Source of the DNA: Rebecca billardiae RCC1528
Lineage: Eukaryota; Protista; Haptophyta
Assembly: GCA_965240325.2 (NCBI GenBank)
Contig: OZ251249.1
Location: forward strand, 682,001-746,000
DNA: 64,000 nucleotides
Reading direction: 5' to 3'
In this document: positions 10,909 through 21,800 of the stretch, piece after piece
How the letters are laid out: the number at the start of each line of letters is the position of its first letter
Numbering within the stretch: position 1 is the stretch's first letter
Notes under the pieces: model-generated
What the model was told of the DNA's origin: nothing
The model's input: only the letters and a program-made list of their open reading frames with translations
Database searches by the model: none
Program-made: the position numbers and the translations under genes

Positions 10909-12957
10909 TCAAGCGCGGGACCGGGGCCCGCCGGGCGAGGCCGCAGACGCCGCAGGCGGGCTGCGGATTGGTGGCGGTGGCAGCAGCGAGCGCACGATGC
11001 TGTACAGGCGACCGAAGCCGTCGCAATCGGGGCGGGTGGGCGGGCAATCAGCCACGCCGTACGTGAAGAGGTGCGCGACGCGCTGCCCGTTGCGCTGCAG
11101 CTGCGCCCACACGCCCAAGCGGTGCAAGCGCTGAAGTCGGAGCAGCCACGCGCTCGAGGAGACGTCCGGCGGGTGCCGCGCATCGAGCACCACGGCAAAC
11201 TTGGTGTAGTCCAGCATCTCGGGCACGAGGTTTGCTGACGCCGAAGTCGCGTTGAGCTCACCATGACCGCGTGCCGCTGGGTCGGCGCGCCACGGCCACC
11301 ACGTCGTCGGGCCATAATCGCGCAGCCCGCCGTCCCAAATCACAGGCACGCACCCGCTGAGCAGAGCGATGGAGAGGTGGGAGCGCGTGGGCGTGTCACC
11401 CGGCGGCTCGGCGCAGAATGCTGAGCGCACGCTCACGTTCCATGGGTCTGCCCATGTGCTTGCACCGCAGCTTAGTGGGGACCGGCGAGCGCCCCTGGCG
11501 GTCGCTTTCACGCCAGCGGTGCGCGTAGTATTGGCAGCACACACAAAGCACTGGTTCTGCGTACACTCCGCGCCGGCTGCCGCCATTGCCTTGCGCAGCT
11601 CCGAGCGGATGGGCGTGTGCTCGCCAAACCTGTTGCCCTTGTACGCGCGCGCGCTCAGGCTGACGAGGATCGGCCGCTCCTTCGGCAGGTAGGACGTCCC
11701 CGACGGCTGGTCCCAGCGCACGCCCGCCGGCTCGAGCCCGACCGAGTAGGGCACAGTCACCAGCAGGGGGGCACCGTCGGCCGCAGCGACGGCAGCGATG
11801 GGTGTGCCCGTGTGAGCCGGTTGCATAGTGGCACGCCGCCGGCGCGCGAGCTCCCGCGCAGTGCCCTCCTCCCATCCCGACCGCGTCCACCCTGACAGGA
11901 CACCGGTCGACGTCGTGCCGATGAGCATTTTGAACAAGTGCTCGCCTGCGTCGCTCTTCATCAACGCAGAGACGATTGCTGCTGGATGGGCCTTGCTCCG
12001 CAAGGCCCTCCTCCAGCGAGGGCCCTTGGCCTTGCTCGCCACTGCGGTCATCGCGCGCTCGAGGTTGGACTCCTGCGAGGCGAGCACGACACGCGAGCGA
12101 AAGCCAGGCGGCTGCGTTGCCAGCCCGCGCAGCAGCGTCTCTGCGCACGGAAACTTGAACGGCCAGTCGACGTGCACGACAACGATGGGCGGCCGCTCCA
12201 GCCCGTCGTACACGCGCTCCCGCACGCGGTCCCAGTAGTCCGTGCGCAGCGAGGTCAAAAGGCACGTGCTCGCCGCCTGGGTCACCGTGCCTAGCGCAGA
12301 GGCGTCCGCCAGGTAGCACAGCCCGAAGAGCGAGGGCACGATGGCGATGTCGGCATCCTCCGCCGTCGTCGCGTTGCGCGGGCGGCCTCGCACAGCTGCC
12401 CATTCTTCCGCGTGGCGCTGCGCGAGCTGCTTCCAACGCACGATGGCGACACGTTCCCCAGCGTGCTCGTCGAAGGCGACCTCAGTCGCGGCGAACGACT
12501 TGTCTTCGTTCGCGCGGTGCACGTTTGTCAGCGCGCGGCCATCGAACGCCGTGTATTGGCAGTACTCAGCGGGTGCAACCGCTGCCGAGACAAAGCGTGC
12601 GTCGCCCGCGCACACGCGCGCACGGTAGATGTGACGTATGGTCAGGTCACTGAGGTGCATGCTCGGAAACGTGCCCTGGGGCTTTGCCACCTTGGTCGTC
12701 ATCGTGACCAGTGCGCTCAGCGGGCACTGCGGCATGTCGTCGACGACATAGATGAGCGGCGGCATCGATGCCGCCGTGCTCAGCTTGAGCTTGCCAAGCG
12801 ATGCGCCGCTGGCGAGGCTGGCGGCGTGGAGGGCGGCGACGGCGACGAGACGGGCGACCACTGACCGCCGCGCGCCGCCGCGCGAGCACCGTGCAGAAGC
12901 GCGCGCCATGGGTCGCCGCTCGTGGCCGCTGCCCGCCGCCATCCGCATCAGCTGCAT
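10909..12957 (-). CDS. Exostosin-like glycosyltransferase (GT47), intronless; first ATG at 12957
   Basis: SAFCAEPPGDTPTRSHLSIALLSGCVPVIWD matches the GT47 signature. TAEDADIAIVP is present, plus an N-terminal hydrophobic anchor or signal. Confidence 0.88.
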   Translation of the reverse strand: MQLMRMAAGSGHERRPMARASARCSRGGARRSVVARLVAVAALHAASLASGASLGKLKLSTAASMPPLIYVVDDMPQCPLSALVTMTTKVAKPQGTFPSMHLSDLTIRHIYRARVCAGDARFVSAAVAPAEYCQYTAFDGRALTNVHRANEDKSFAATEVAFDEHAGERVAIVRWKQLAQRHAEEWAAVRGRPRNATTAEDADIAIVPSLFGLCYLADASALGTVTQAASTCLLTSLRTDYWDRVRERVYDGLERPPIVVVHVDWPFKFPCAETLLRGLATQPPGFRSRVVLASQESNLERAMTAVASKAKGPRWRRALRSKAHPAAIVSALMKSDAGEHLFKMLIGTTSTGVLSGWTRSGWEEGTARELARRRRATMQPAHTGTPIAAVAAADGAPLLVTVPYSVGLEPAGVRWDQPSGTSYLPKERPILVSLSARAYKGNRFGEHTPIRSELRKAMAAAGAECTQNQCFVCAANTTRTAGVKATARGARRSPLSCGASTWADPWNVSVRSAFCAEPPGDTPTRSHLSIALLSGCVPVIWDGGLRDYGPTTWWPWRADPAARGHGELNATSASANLVPEMLDYTKFAVVLDARHPPDVSSSAWLLRLQRLHRLGVWAQLQRNGQRVAHLFTYGVADCPPTRPDCDGFGRLYSIVRSLLPPPPIRSPPAASAASPGGPRSRA

Positions 12958-13125
12958 CACGGGCGTGCTTTGCAAGGAGGTGCGGCAGCGCCGATATCTC
13001 GTCTTGCACGCGTTCTGCTGATGAATACTTCACGGCGGCATCATTAGTATTGCGGATACTGCACCAAAGGACGGCGGCCTTCGTGGCGTTGTAGACAGTG
13101 ATATACCCTGCCTAACTAACGCGTA

Positions 13126-13740
13126 TTACCCATCCGCAGAACGGCAGATGACGTGCACTGGGCGACAGGAGATCGATGCACGCAACACAGCAACAGCCAT
13201 GGCTGCCGCTTGCGAAGTGGCGCTTGCAAAGTGGCGCGGCTCGTGCACGGCGACCGCGTACGGCACGGTCCAGAGCGCATGCCGGGTGGTCAAAGCAAGT
13301 GCGTTGGCCTCCTGACTCCCCTGGGCCCACGTGTGCACACGTGGGCCCGCTTGTTGATCGTGCGCCAAGGCTGTTAATGTTTCAGAGGTGTGCACCCGTG
13401 GCCGTGCTCGCGGATGGCGGCGGCACTCTGTGTCGGGCCAGAAAATCCACCACGGGCAGCATTCGGGCGAGGTGTGCATGGCCCCATGGGGACAGTGAAC
13501 GCCCTGTGCGTACGGCTACGGCTGGCGTCCGGAGGTCGGTGATCTTGGGCTTGGCTTGCGTCTGTGGCGGGAACAGTCTGCGCAGAGGAGAGACCGCACG
13601 GATCATCGCGCATGACGCAGGCGCGGGGCCGAGCCGCCGGCCCGCACTTCCCGACTTGCACTGCGCCGACGCCGCGTAGGCGCGGGGGCCACACGGTGGG
13701 CCAGAGCTCAGACTGTGCGGACACCAGTCAGTGACCATGC
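13126..13740 (-). pseudogene. Decayed tandem paralogue fragment of the neighbouring GT47 gene
   Basis: SETLTALAHDQQAGPRVHTWAQGSQEANA...LWTVPYAVAVHEP parallels AETLLRGLATQPPGFRSRVVLASQESNL...LVTVPYSVGLEP in the intact gene. There are in-frame stops upstream, and the C-terminal GT47 motif is absent. Confidence 0.55.
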
Positions 13741-14168
13741 AGAGCGATGATCCAGGCTGGGCGTGTCCGGCCGCGGGCTGACTACTGATCTACTCTGTCT
13801 CCGCCAATAATCTGATCAGGACTTCGCAGATCAGCACTCCGCCGCTTGTCTCACTCGTCAGTGCGGCGGGCACGGCGCCCTCCGGTCCAAGGAGCGCGGG
13901 CGCGTGGCAGTCATCAAGCCAGTCAACGACTCAACGCAGTCTATAAGTATCGAACTCGCGCGAGTCGAGGGGCCCGCACGCGCGTGATCGACACCGTGAT
14001 GAGTCGTGCTGATAGATGCATCAGTTACGTATACGAATAAGGTCGTGGATACCTGCTGCCGCCGACTGACAATAGCCCGACCAACCTACACGATCGGACC
14101 GCCGACAGTGATCGATCGTCGTCTTCAACGCGTGTACGATGGTCTCGGCTGCTGTACTGTACTGAGTA

Positions 14169-14277
14169 TACAGTTTACTAAGAATAAGAGACGCACACAG
14201 CTCAGGCAGGCGAGATTGACGCCCGCCAACTGTCACCGCCCATGAAGCCGTCGCCAATGGTAGCGCCGCCGGAAAAA
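14169..14277 (-). repeat. ~110 bp dispersed repeat, copy B (inverted relative to 2738-2849)
   Basis: Near-identical reverse complement of 2738-2849. Confidence 0.9.
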
Positions 14278-14556
14278 ATCGTTCAGCCGTCCGCCTGCGA
14301 GGCCTGGATGAGGGCTGCGGCCGCCTCGCGGCCACTCAGCGGACTGGTACTTTTGAGGCTGCTACCGCCATACAGCAGCATCAAAAGAATCAAGCTAGGG
14401 TCGGGTAAACACTAAACAGTATTGATGTTCATCGACAATACAGTCGTGTGGCCATAATGGCGCGGCAACCTGCCACCGTGAGCCTTACGCACGTTAAACC
14501 AAATAAACTGTAGAACTGTACTTCCAGTATTGTACGAATGACGAATCGTCGACATC

Positions 14557-16305
14557 ATGCAGACGCCGACGGACATGCGCCCCCTGCCGGCGCGGTGCGC
14601 CACGCCGCGCGCGCTCGCGCTCGCGCTCGTCGCGCTCCTGTGCGCGACAGTGTCGGCGCAGCGGCAGCCGCAGCCAGCGTCGCCGGCTGGCGGCGCGGCG
14701 CGCGCGCGCCGCCGGCTCAAGCCGCTGGGCACGTCGCTGGTGACGGTCCCATACGAGCGTTGGGCGGCGGTGCAGGCGACGCTCCCGCGCGCGCGCACCG
14801 GCCTCGAGAACCGCTGCCCGTACATTCGCGCCAACTTCCGGTGCCACGGCGCCAAGTACAAGGCGCTCTTCTTCAACGTGCTGCCGCCGTTCGAGCGCGA
14901 GCGCCTGCTGCTGCCGCCCGACGCACACTTGCTTCTCTACGGAACCTCGATCACCCTGCAGATGGCCGAGGTCCTCCTGTGCAACAACCCGCCGCCGCTC
15001 GTGATCCGCCGGCTCGACGGCGCGGCGACGTGCGTGGCGCCGACCGAGCTCGCGCGTGGCCTCGTGCCCGCGCCGCACCCGCCGTGCGAGACGCGCGGCT
15101 CGCACGACAACGCGCAGGTCGAGTCGTGGTCGGCGCTGTTTCCGAACGGCGCGCGCCTCAGCGTCGTGCAGAACGCGGTGGGGCTGCAGCACGCGCGGAA
15201 CGAGACGGATGCGATCGTGGCGCTCGCCACGAAGCTCGGCGAGGCGCTCGCGCCCACCCACATCCTCCTCATGCAGCCCAACTCGCCGTGCTTCTTCCAG
15301 TGGAAGGCGTGCGAGCGCGCGCGCGCGCCGTGCACGGGCAAATGGGCCGATCAGGAGAAGCCCTCAGTGCGCCAGTTCCCGTGCGACCGGCTCCGCCGCG
15401 TGCACGCGGCGTTCGCCGCGCTGCGCCACGCGCCGTACGTCCTGCACGTGAAGGACTGGCAGCGCGACTTCCCGCACGACTGCGCCGTGCCCGGCGCGCG
15501 CACGCACGGCATGCGCGGCGCGGTGGCCGAGCACTGGTGCAACGCTCAGACGGTGCATCAGCCTGAGTGTGACTACGCCCTGGGCTTCCACCAGTGCCAG
15601 CCGGGCACGCCCGAGATGGCGATGGCCGCGCTGATGGCGAGGCTGCACGCCGACGGCGCGCTGCGCCGGCTGGGCAGCACGGCCGAGGCGCGCGCGCCGG
15701 CGCCGCTCAACGCGCTTCGCGCAAACGCGAGTGCGCTCTTCCGGCGCAATTTTGCTCTCGTCTCCGAGGCGACGCCGTCGTATGACCGCGAGTACCACCC
15801 GGTCGCGCTGCTCCGCCCTCCGGACAACCCGGACCCGCAGCGCTGCCCCGGTGGCGTGAGGGGGGACGCGGCCGCGCAGCTCGCCGCCTTCCTGCCGACC
15901 AACGGCGCCGCCGCTGCCAAGGCGCTAGGCACGACGTTTCAGCTTGGGCGCGGCGCCGGCGGCGCGCCGTTCGGCGTCGGCGGGTTCGGCGTCGGCGGGC
16001 TCGGCGGGCCGTTCGGCGGCGGCGGCGGTGCGGTTGGGGCCCAGCCGGGCGTGTGGGGGATGGCACTCGCCGCCAAGCCTCGCTGGCGCAACGCGATGGC
16101 ACGCAAGTGGCAGCAGCAGCAGCGCACGATGGCAGCGGGCGGTGCGGTGATGCGCTCATTACAGTCAACTCCCGGCGCCGATCACGATGCGCAGCAGCCC
16201 GCGATCGGCTCGGACGATGATCGTCACTCTCCGGAGGATGCTCGTGGGCTGACCAACCGCCGCGCGGCTGCTGGCGATGCGGTTGCTACTGGCCGTGACC
16301 CGTGA
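14557..16305 (+). CDS. Secreted or Golgi TBL/PC-esterase (SGNH)-like protein, putative polysaccharide O-acetyltransferase/esterase, 582 aa
   Basis: Signal or anchor at the N-terminus. CPYIRANFRC resembles TBL CPFI..FDC, LLLYGTSITLQMAEVLLC resembles the GDS motif, and FHQCQPGTPE resembles HWCLPGVPD. Confidence 0.68.
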   Translation: MQTPTDMRPLPARCATPRALALALVALLCATVSAQRQPQPASPAGGAARARRRLKPLGTSLVTVPYERWAAVQATLPRARTGLENRCPYIRANFRCHGAKYKALFFNVLPPFERERLLLPPDAHLLLYGTSITLQMAEVLLCNNPPPLVIRRLDGAATCVAPTELARGLVPAPHPPCETRGSHDNAQVESWSALFPNGARLSVVQNAVGLQHARNETDAIVALATKLGEALAPTHILLMQPNSPCFFQWKACERARAPCTGKWADQEKPSVRQFPCDRLRRVHAAFAALRHAPYVLHVKDWQRDFPHDCAVPGARTHGMRGAVAEHWCNAQTVHQPECDYALGFHQCQPGTPEMAMAALMARLHADGALRRLGSTAEARAPAPLNALRANASALFRRNFALVSEATPSYDREYHPVALLRPPDNPDPQRCPGGVRGDAAAQLAAFLPTNGAAAAKALGTTFQLGRGAGGAPFGVGGFGVGGLGGPFGGGGGAVGAQPGVWGMALAAKPRWRNAMARKWQQQQRTMAAGGAVMRSLQSTPGADHDAQQPAIGSDDDRHSPEDARGLTNRRAAAGDAVATGRDP

Positions 16306-16600
16306 CCGCGCCGTGCGATTTTGCCCCGAATTGCCAATGCCCGCTGGCCGGCGCGGCGCGCACGCAGCACGGTCGCCATCCGGCCCGAGGCCGACGAGTC
16401 GTAGCACTAGCTGTAGCGTATATATATATAACGACTATTATACGCGCGATAGCTTACTACTATACTCTGCTTCTTACTTTAGCAGCTGCTATAGCGCGAT
16501 ATTATGATATATGCTGTCGATCCAGCAGCCGGCATCGTCGAGCCGAAGCAAGCGTCGTACGTCGTCGTTGGTCATCATCGACTCATCGGTCTAAGTGCAG

Positions 16601-18646
16601 CACAGTAAAGAAATCGATTTTCGGCGTTACCGTAACCCGTCCGCACTTCCGCCCAGTGGGGATGCGCTGGATGTTGTTTTCATGCCCCGTTCGCGGCACT
16701 TCGCGCCGCCACAGTGGAGAAAGATCGGGCCGGAAGCCGTTTGAGCATGGTCGGTCGTGCGCACGCCCATTCGAATCGATGGCGCGCTCCGAGCGGCGGG
16801 CGTGCGCGCATGACTGCCGCGAGGGGGGCTGCGAGGCGTCGGCCGGCTTGCCAAGGCGGTTCCCTGGGGCGGCGTCACCCTCCCCCGCCCCTCCTCGCCC
16901 ACCCTCGCCCCACGGGCGGCCACACGTGACCTGTTGAGATGAGTTCACGGGGGCCGCGCGGCACGCGCGCGGAGAGGCGAGGAAGTGGTGTTTCGCGGAA
17001 AAACGTTCTGTAGCATTGTGCCCAACCCATGTGGGCACCCGCTGCACAAGTTCGCGGTACGCCAAACCGCACACAGCGGCCTGAGCAGCTCCCAGACTGA
17101 CTTTCGCTCTTGAAGCCTGTTTTGGGGCCAGATCTTGGTGTGGATGTAGCGCGGCGAGGAGGCGCCGGGCGCGCGCCCGAGCTGCGTGCTGCCACTCGCC
17201 ATGACCCATAGACATCGTCCGTCGCGAACGACCCGGCTCGCCTCGACCTCTCCGACCCGCCGGGCAGCCACGACCGAGCAAGGCACGACAATGGCCAAAC
17301 CGGGAGGCTTCTCAGAGCGCGTGGGATGGGCATAGGCGCGAGAGAGGGCGCCCAGCGCGCTCTTGAGATGCACAGGAGCACGCACTGATGCGTATGGAAC
17401 CATCCCATCACGATCGCCCCGACCTGGCGCGCCCTATCTGGCCCGTCAGGCTGCCCGCGCCGCCGCCGCCGCGCCACGCCGCCGCCACTGGCGCCGCCGC
17501 ACCGCGGGCACATGGGTAAGTCCGTATTCAACAAATACAGAATTTCCGGTGCGGCCCTCTTTTGGGCGGCAAGGTCGGTCTGGTCGACACCTGCCGCGCG
17601 GCATGGGCCACGGCGCGGCGAGGTGGCGGCTGGCGCACCGCGGCGTGGGCGGGATGGCTCGAGGACACCACCGCCCCGCCTCCCACGCCGCGCCGTGCGC
17701 GTGCGCCGTGCTCTCGTCGCGTACCGATTTTCCTGCGGCGAGCGACGTCCAACAGCGCGACCATGCCATCGCGCGACGAGGTGCGTTCAGCTCGGCGATT
17801 TGTCGTATTTGTTGAATACATGCGGGTACGAATCGACCGCAAGGAGCGGCAAGGACGCCCTCGACGCACACGTCGAGAGCCACGCGCGCGGCGTGGACTG
17901 GCACGCGACGCGGAGATGGCGGGCGCGGTGCCGCGGGCGCGCGACTGGTCTAGAACATCCCAATGAAGCGCGGGACGGCGCTGCGCGCCTGTGCTCGCCG
18001 CCGTCTCCTCGCAGTCGAAAATATCTGTGCACCCTTCTGTCTGGCTAGTCGACCGGCCGGCACGCGGCACGCGAGCAGTGTGTGTGGGGAGGAGTGTGAC
18101 ATGGCAGGCTGTGGCGAGGTGGATGGCCGTGCAGGTCTACGCTAGTAAGGGCCGCTCCCGCGCTCGCGCGGTGACTCGCGCACGCCTCGTCGAGGACGAG
18201 CGTGTTTGAATGGCTCCGGAGAAGGCTTACGATCGCTCGTTGATGGGCAGCGCGCGACACGTGCACACGACGAAGGTGACGACCAGGCACTCCGGCGAGG
18301 GCGGCTGTGCTGGTAGCAGACTGCATTCGGAGTAAGATGCGCCATCTTACGCGCCGCTTCGCCTCGCTGCATCGCCGCACTGAGCAGCAGGGCTCCACGC
18401 TCACGAATGGCTCACCGCGAGCTACGTGACCGGCCAGCCGCGTGCAACCCGGCGAGGCAGAGAGGGGCGGAGGGATGGGGAGGCTGGGTGGGATGTTGCA
18501 GTCCCATGCCCGGGGCACTCGCCAGGCGCCTGCGCGACCACCGTAGCGTCGTCTGTGCGCTCGTGCGGCCCGTGCGAGAAAATCCCCGAAAATCGGCTCG
18601 TGTCGGACGGGTTACGGTAACGATAATCCCGTTTTTGTTCACTGTG
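16601..18646. mobile_element. ~2.05 kb non-autonomous TIR element, copy 2 (CACAGT...ACTGTG, apparent 2-bp TSD AG)
   Basis: Junctions are ...gcAG|CACAGTAAAG and GTTCACTGTG|AGtg. Perfect 19-bp IR CGTTACCGTAACCCGTCCG (16625-16643 / 18604-18622). Same orientation as copy 1. Confidence 0.93.
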
Positions 18647-18820
18647 AGTGATGCGCGCTTGAGCAGATGAGACAGAGCAGCAGTCGTAGTATATATATCG
18701 TATATATAGCAGCAGCAGTCATCATCAGCAGTTGTCGCGCGTCATCCGGGCCTGCCTCTATATATGCCGGCGCCGTCGACGGCAGTCGTACAGCTAGTAC
18801 CGCGGAGTCCGACTGACCGA

Positions 18821-21800
18821 CTAGAATCCGAGCCGCATCCCCGGTTTACTCGGGTCGTTGGCCGGGCGCTCCGCCTCGTACATCTGCCACTCGGTGATCG
18901 AGTGCTCGGCGTACAGCCGGCCCGTGGACGCGGTGAAGCCGGCGTGCAGCTTGCCGTCCCACGCCTCCAGCCCCTGCGAGGCGCGCGCGCCGCCGTGGCA
19001 CACGACACACCGCGTGCGCGGCGCGTGCACGCAGCAGCCGCCCGAGCCAGTGAGCGCGCATGCGCCTGCCCTCGGCTCGACCCCGCCTCCGCGCCCGCCC
19101 ACGGCGGCCCACGCCGCGCGCGCGCGCGCGCACCTTGAACCAGAGGTTGAGGTCCACCGTCATCGAGAGCTTCGCCTTGTATTCGTCGTCGATGAAGACG
19201 GAGAGCGTGTGCGCGCCGTCCACGATCTTGCGCTTGTTGGCCGCGCGCTCGTCGTCGTCGTCGTCGTCCTCGTCCTGCGGCGGCGCGGGCGGCGAAGGGC
19301 GGGCGGGGGGATGGGCGGAGGGCGCACGCGCGGCGCCGTCCAGCCGCGCGCCTGCCGTCCGCCGCGGGACGAGCGGTGCTGCGAACAGGCCGCAGCGCCG
19401 TCGCGCGCGCGCGCGAGCGCTGCCGCAGGCGAGCGCCGTAACCGCCGCCGTAACCGTCGCCGTAACCGTCGCCGCCCTTGCGGGGCAGCCCCGGCGAGCG
19501 GCGGCGCGGGCGCGAGGACGGGCGGCGCGCACCTTGGAGCGCGTCGCCTTCGCGCGCTTCCGCCGCTCCTCCTCGCGCAGCTTCTCCGCGCGCGTCTGCG
19601 CGCGCCGACACAGCGGGGCGGCGCGCGCGTCGGCGCGGCGCAATTTGCGGCGGCGGCGGCGGCGGCGCGCTCAGCGGCGGTGTGCCCGCCTCCTGCCCGC
19701 GTCGCCGCCCGGCGCGCCGCGCCGGCGCGCGCCTCGGCGCGCGCGCGGGGCCGCCCGGGCGCACCTTGTTGAAGCGGCTCTTCTCGAAGACGATCCGCAC
19801 GCGGTGCTCCTTGCCAGAGGCGAGGTCGATGCCGTGGTCCTCGAGCGACACGCGCGCCTTGGTGTCGCGGGGGCCCGTGCTCACTGGGCCGACCCCGCCC
19901 TGCAGGGGGTGCGCGGCCGCGGCGGGCGGCGGGTGCGGCACGGCGCGGGCGCGTGCGCGGCGGCGCGGACGTGCGTGAGCGCACACGGCCGAGCGGCGCG
20001 TGCCCGCCGGCGCGCGCGGCGCGGGTGGAGGGTGGGTGGCCCGCTCGGCGCACGCGCGCGCGCATGCGCGAACACACGCGCGCATGCGCATGCGCACGCG
20101 CGAGCGCGCGCGCGCGCGCACCGTCTGGACGGCGACCGTGTGCATGCGGTGCTCGAGCAGGTCGTCGTCCTCGGCGTACCCGCTCCGCTGCACCGCGCCC
20201 ACGCCGTACCCCGCGCCGCCCCCGCGCCCGCCGCGCCCGCCCGGCTCGCGCCGAACCGCCTGCTGCAGCCGCGCGTCGGACAGCGGGTACGTAACGGCGT
20301 CGTCCAGCTCCGTCTCGAACTTGGGCGCCCAGAACTTCTCGGACTGCGAGGGCGGAGGAGGGGGCGCGCGCTGGGCTCAGGGCTCGGACCCCGCCCGCGG
20401 GGCCGCGCCGCGCCGCGCCGCGCGGCGTGGGTGGGCGGCTGCGCGCGCGCTCCCAAGCGCGCGCGCAGCCGTGCGCTAGCGCGCGCCAAGCGCCTTCCGC
20501 GCGCACCGGCGTGTACGGGTTCGTCATGAGCTTGCCGCTGTCGCCGCGCCGCACGTAGAAGAGGTTCCGGTAGCGCGTGTCCGAGGGCAGCTTGCACAGC
20601 AGCTTCTCGTCCTTGTCCAGGTCGAGCTTCTTGAGCGGCTCGTCCGCGTGCTGAGTCGCGCACGACGGGTGCACGGCAAAGTGGACGGCGATCGCGTTCT
20701 GGAGGTTGCCGTAGCTGCGCGCGCGGGTGTGGGCGGGGTGTGTGTGCGGGGGGCGTGGTCGGTGGCGGCGCGGCGTGGCGCGGCGCGCGGTCGTGCCGCC
20801 TAGCCCTCCCCCAGCTGGGCGCGCGCGCGGTGCGCTGCGCGCGCACACCCCATCTGCGTCCCCGAGCCGCCGATGGCGGCGGTGCGCTTCGGGTCGCGGT
20901 GGAGGACGAAGGCGAAGCCGTCCGCGCCCGGCGGCTCCGGCGCGCCGTCGTGCGCGGGCTTGGGGAGCGTGATGCGCACCCTGCTCGGCGCGGCGCGCCC
21001 ACGGCCGGCCGGTCAGCACGCAGCAGCAGCGCGCGGGGTCTTTTTTTCATCCCGCCAGCAGCGCAGCAAGCAAAAGGGGAAAGGACGCGCGCGGGGAAAA
21101 AGAAAGGCGGGAAACAGCATGGCCGCGCGCGCGCACACCTGAAGATCACCTCCAGGCCGTGCACGACGGAGACGGGGTCGCAGAACCACGCGGCGCCCGC
21201 CTGGCCCACGCCCTTGACGAGGGGCGTGAGCCGCAGCACGTTGTTCAGCACCTCGGCTTGGCCCGTCGTGTGCACGAGCGGCCGCTCCTTCGCACCCGCC
21301 ACCTTCACCTTGGCCTGCGCCGGGCCGCGGCCGCGCACCGCCCGCCGCGCGGGGGCGCGCGAGCGAGGGGGCGGCGCGTGAGCCGGGCGTGGGTGCTGCG
21401 GCCGCCGCGCGCGCACGACGCGGCACGCACCTCCACCCGCGCGCTCTCGCTCAGCGCGTCGGCCGCGCGCGCCGTCACGTCTTCGAAGAGCTTGCTGCCC
21501 CCCGCGCCGAAGCGGCGCGAGCTGAGCGCAAGGACCTGTGCGAGAGCGGTTAGGGAGGGTGAGTAGGGTGTAGGGTTAGGGTAGTCGGGTGGTAGGGTTG
21601 GGGGTAGGGCTCGGGTTCGGGTGAGATGCGTTCGCGCGTGCGGAAGTGGGCGGCGCCGACGGGCGACGGGCGCGGCGCGTGCGGCACGGGCGGCGCGCGC
21701 GCGCGGCAGGCAGGCAATCGGCCGCGCACGAATGGCCTACCCCGCGGCGCGGCGCGCCCCCGCCGCCCGAGCAACGCTGCTGCCGGGCGAGCGCGAGTGC

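Noticed and set aside
6577-18646. Single composite transposon mobilising the GT47/TBL block
   Set aside because: Each copy has its own apparent TSD (TA versus AG), the outer flanks do not match and the copies are diverged, so independent insertions are more likely.
19434-19473. Intronic 12-bp tandem repeat (CGCCGTAACCGT-like x3) resembling the TIR core CGTCACCGTAACC
   Set aside because: Short match inside a simple repeat with no other element sequence, so probably chance.
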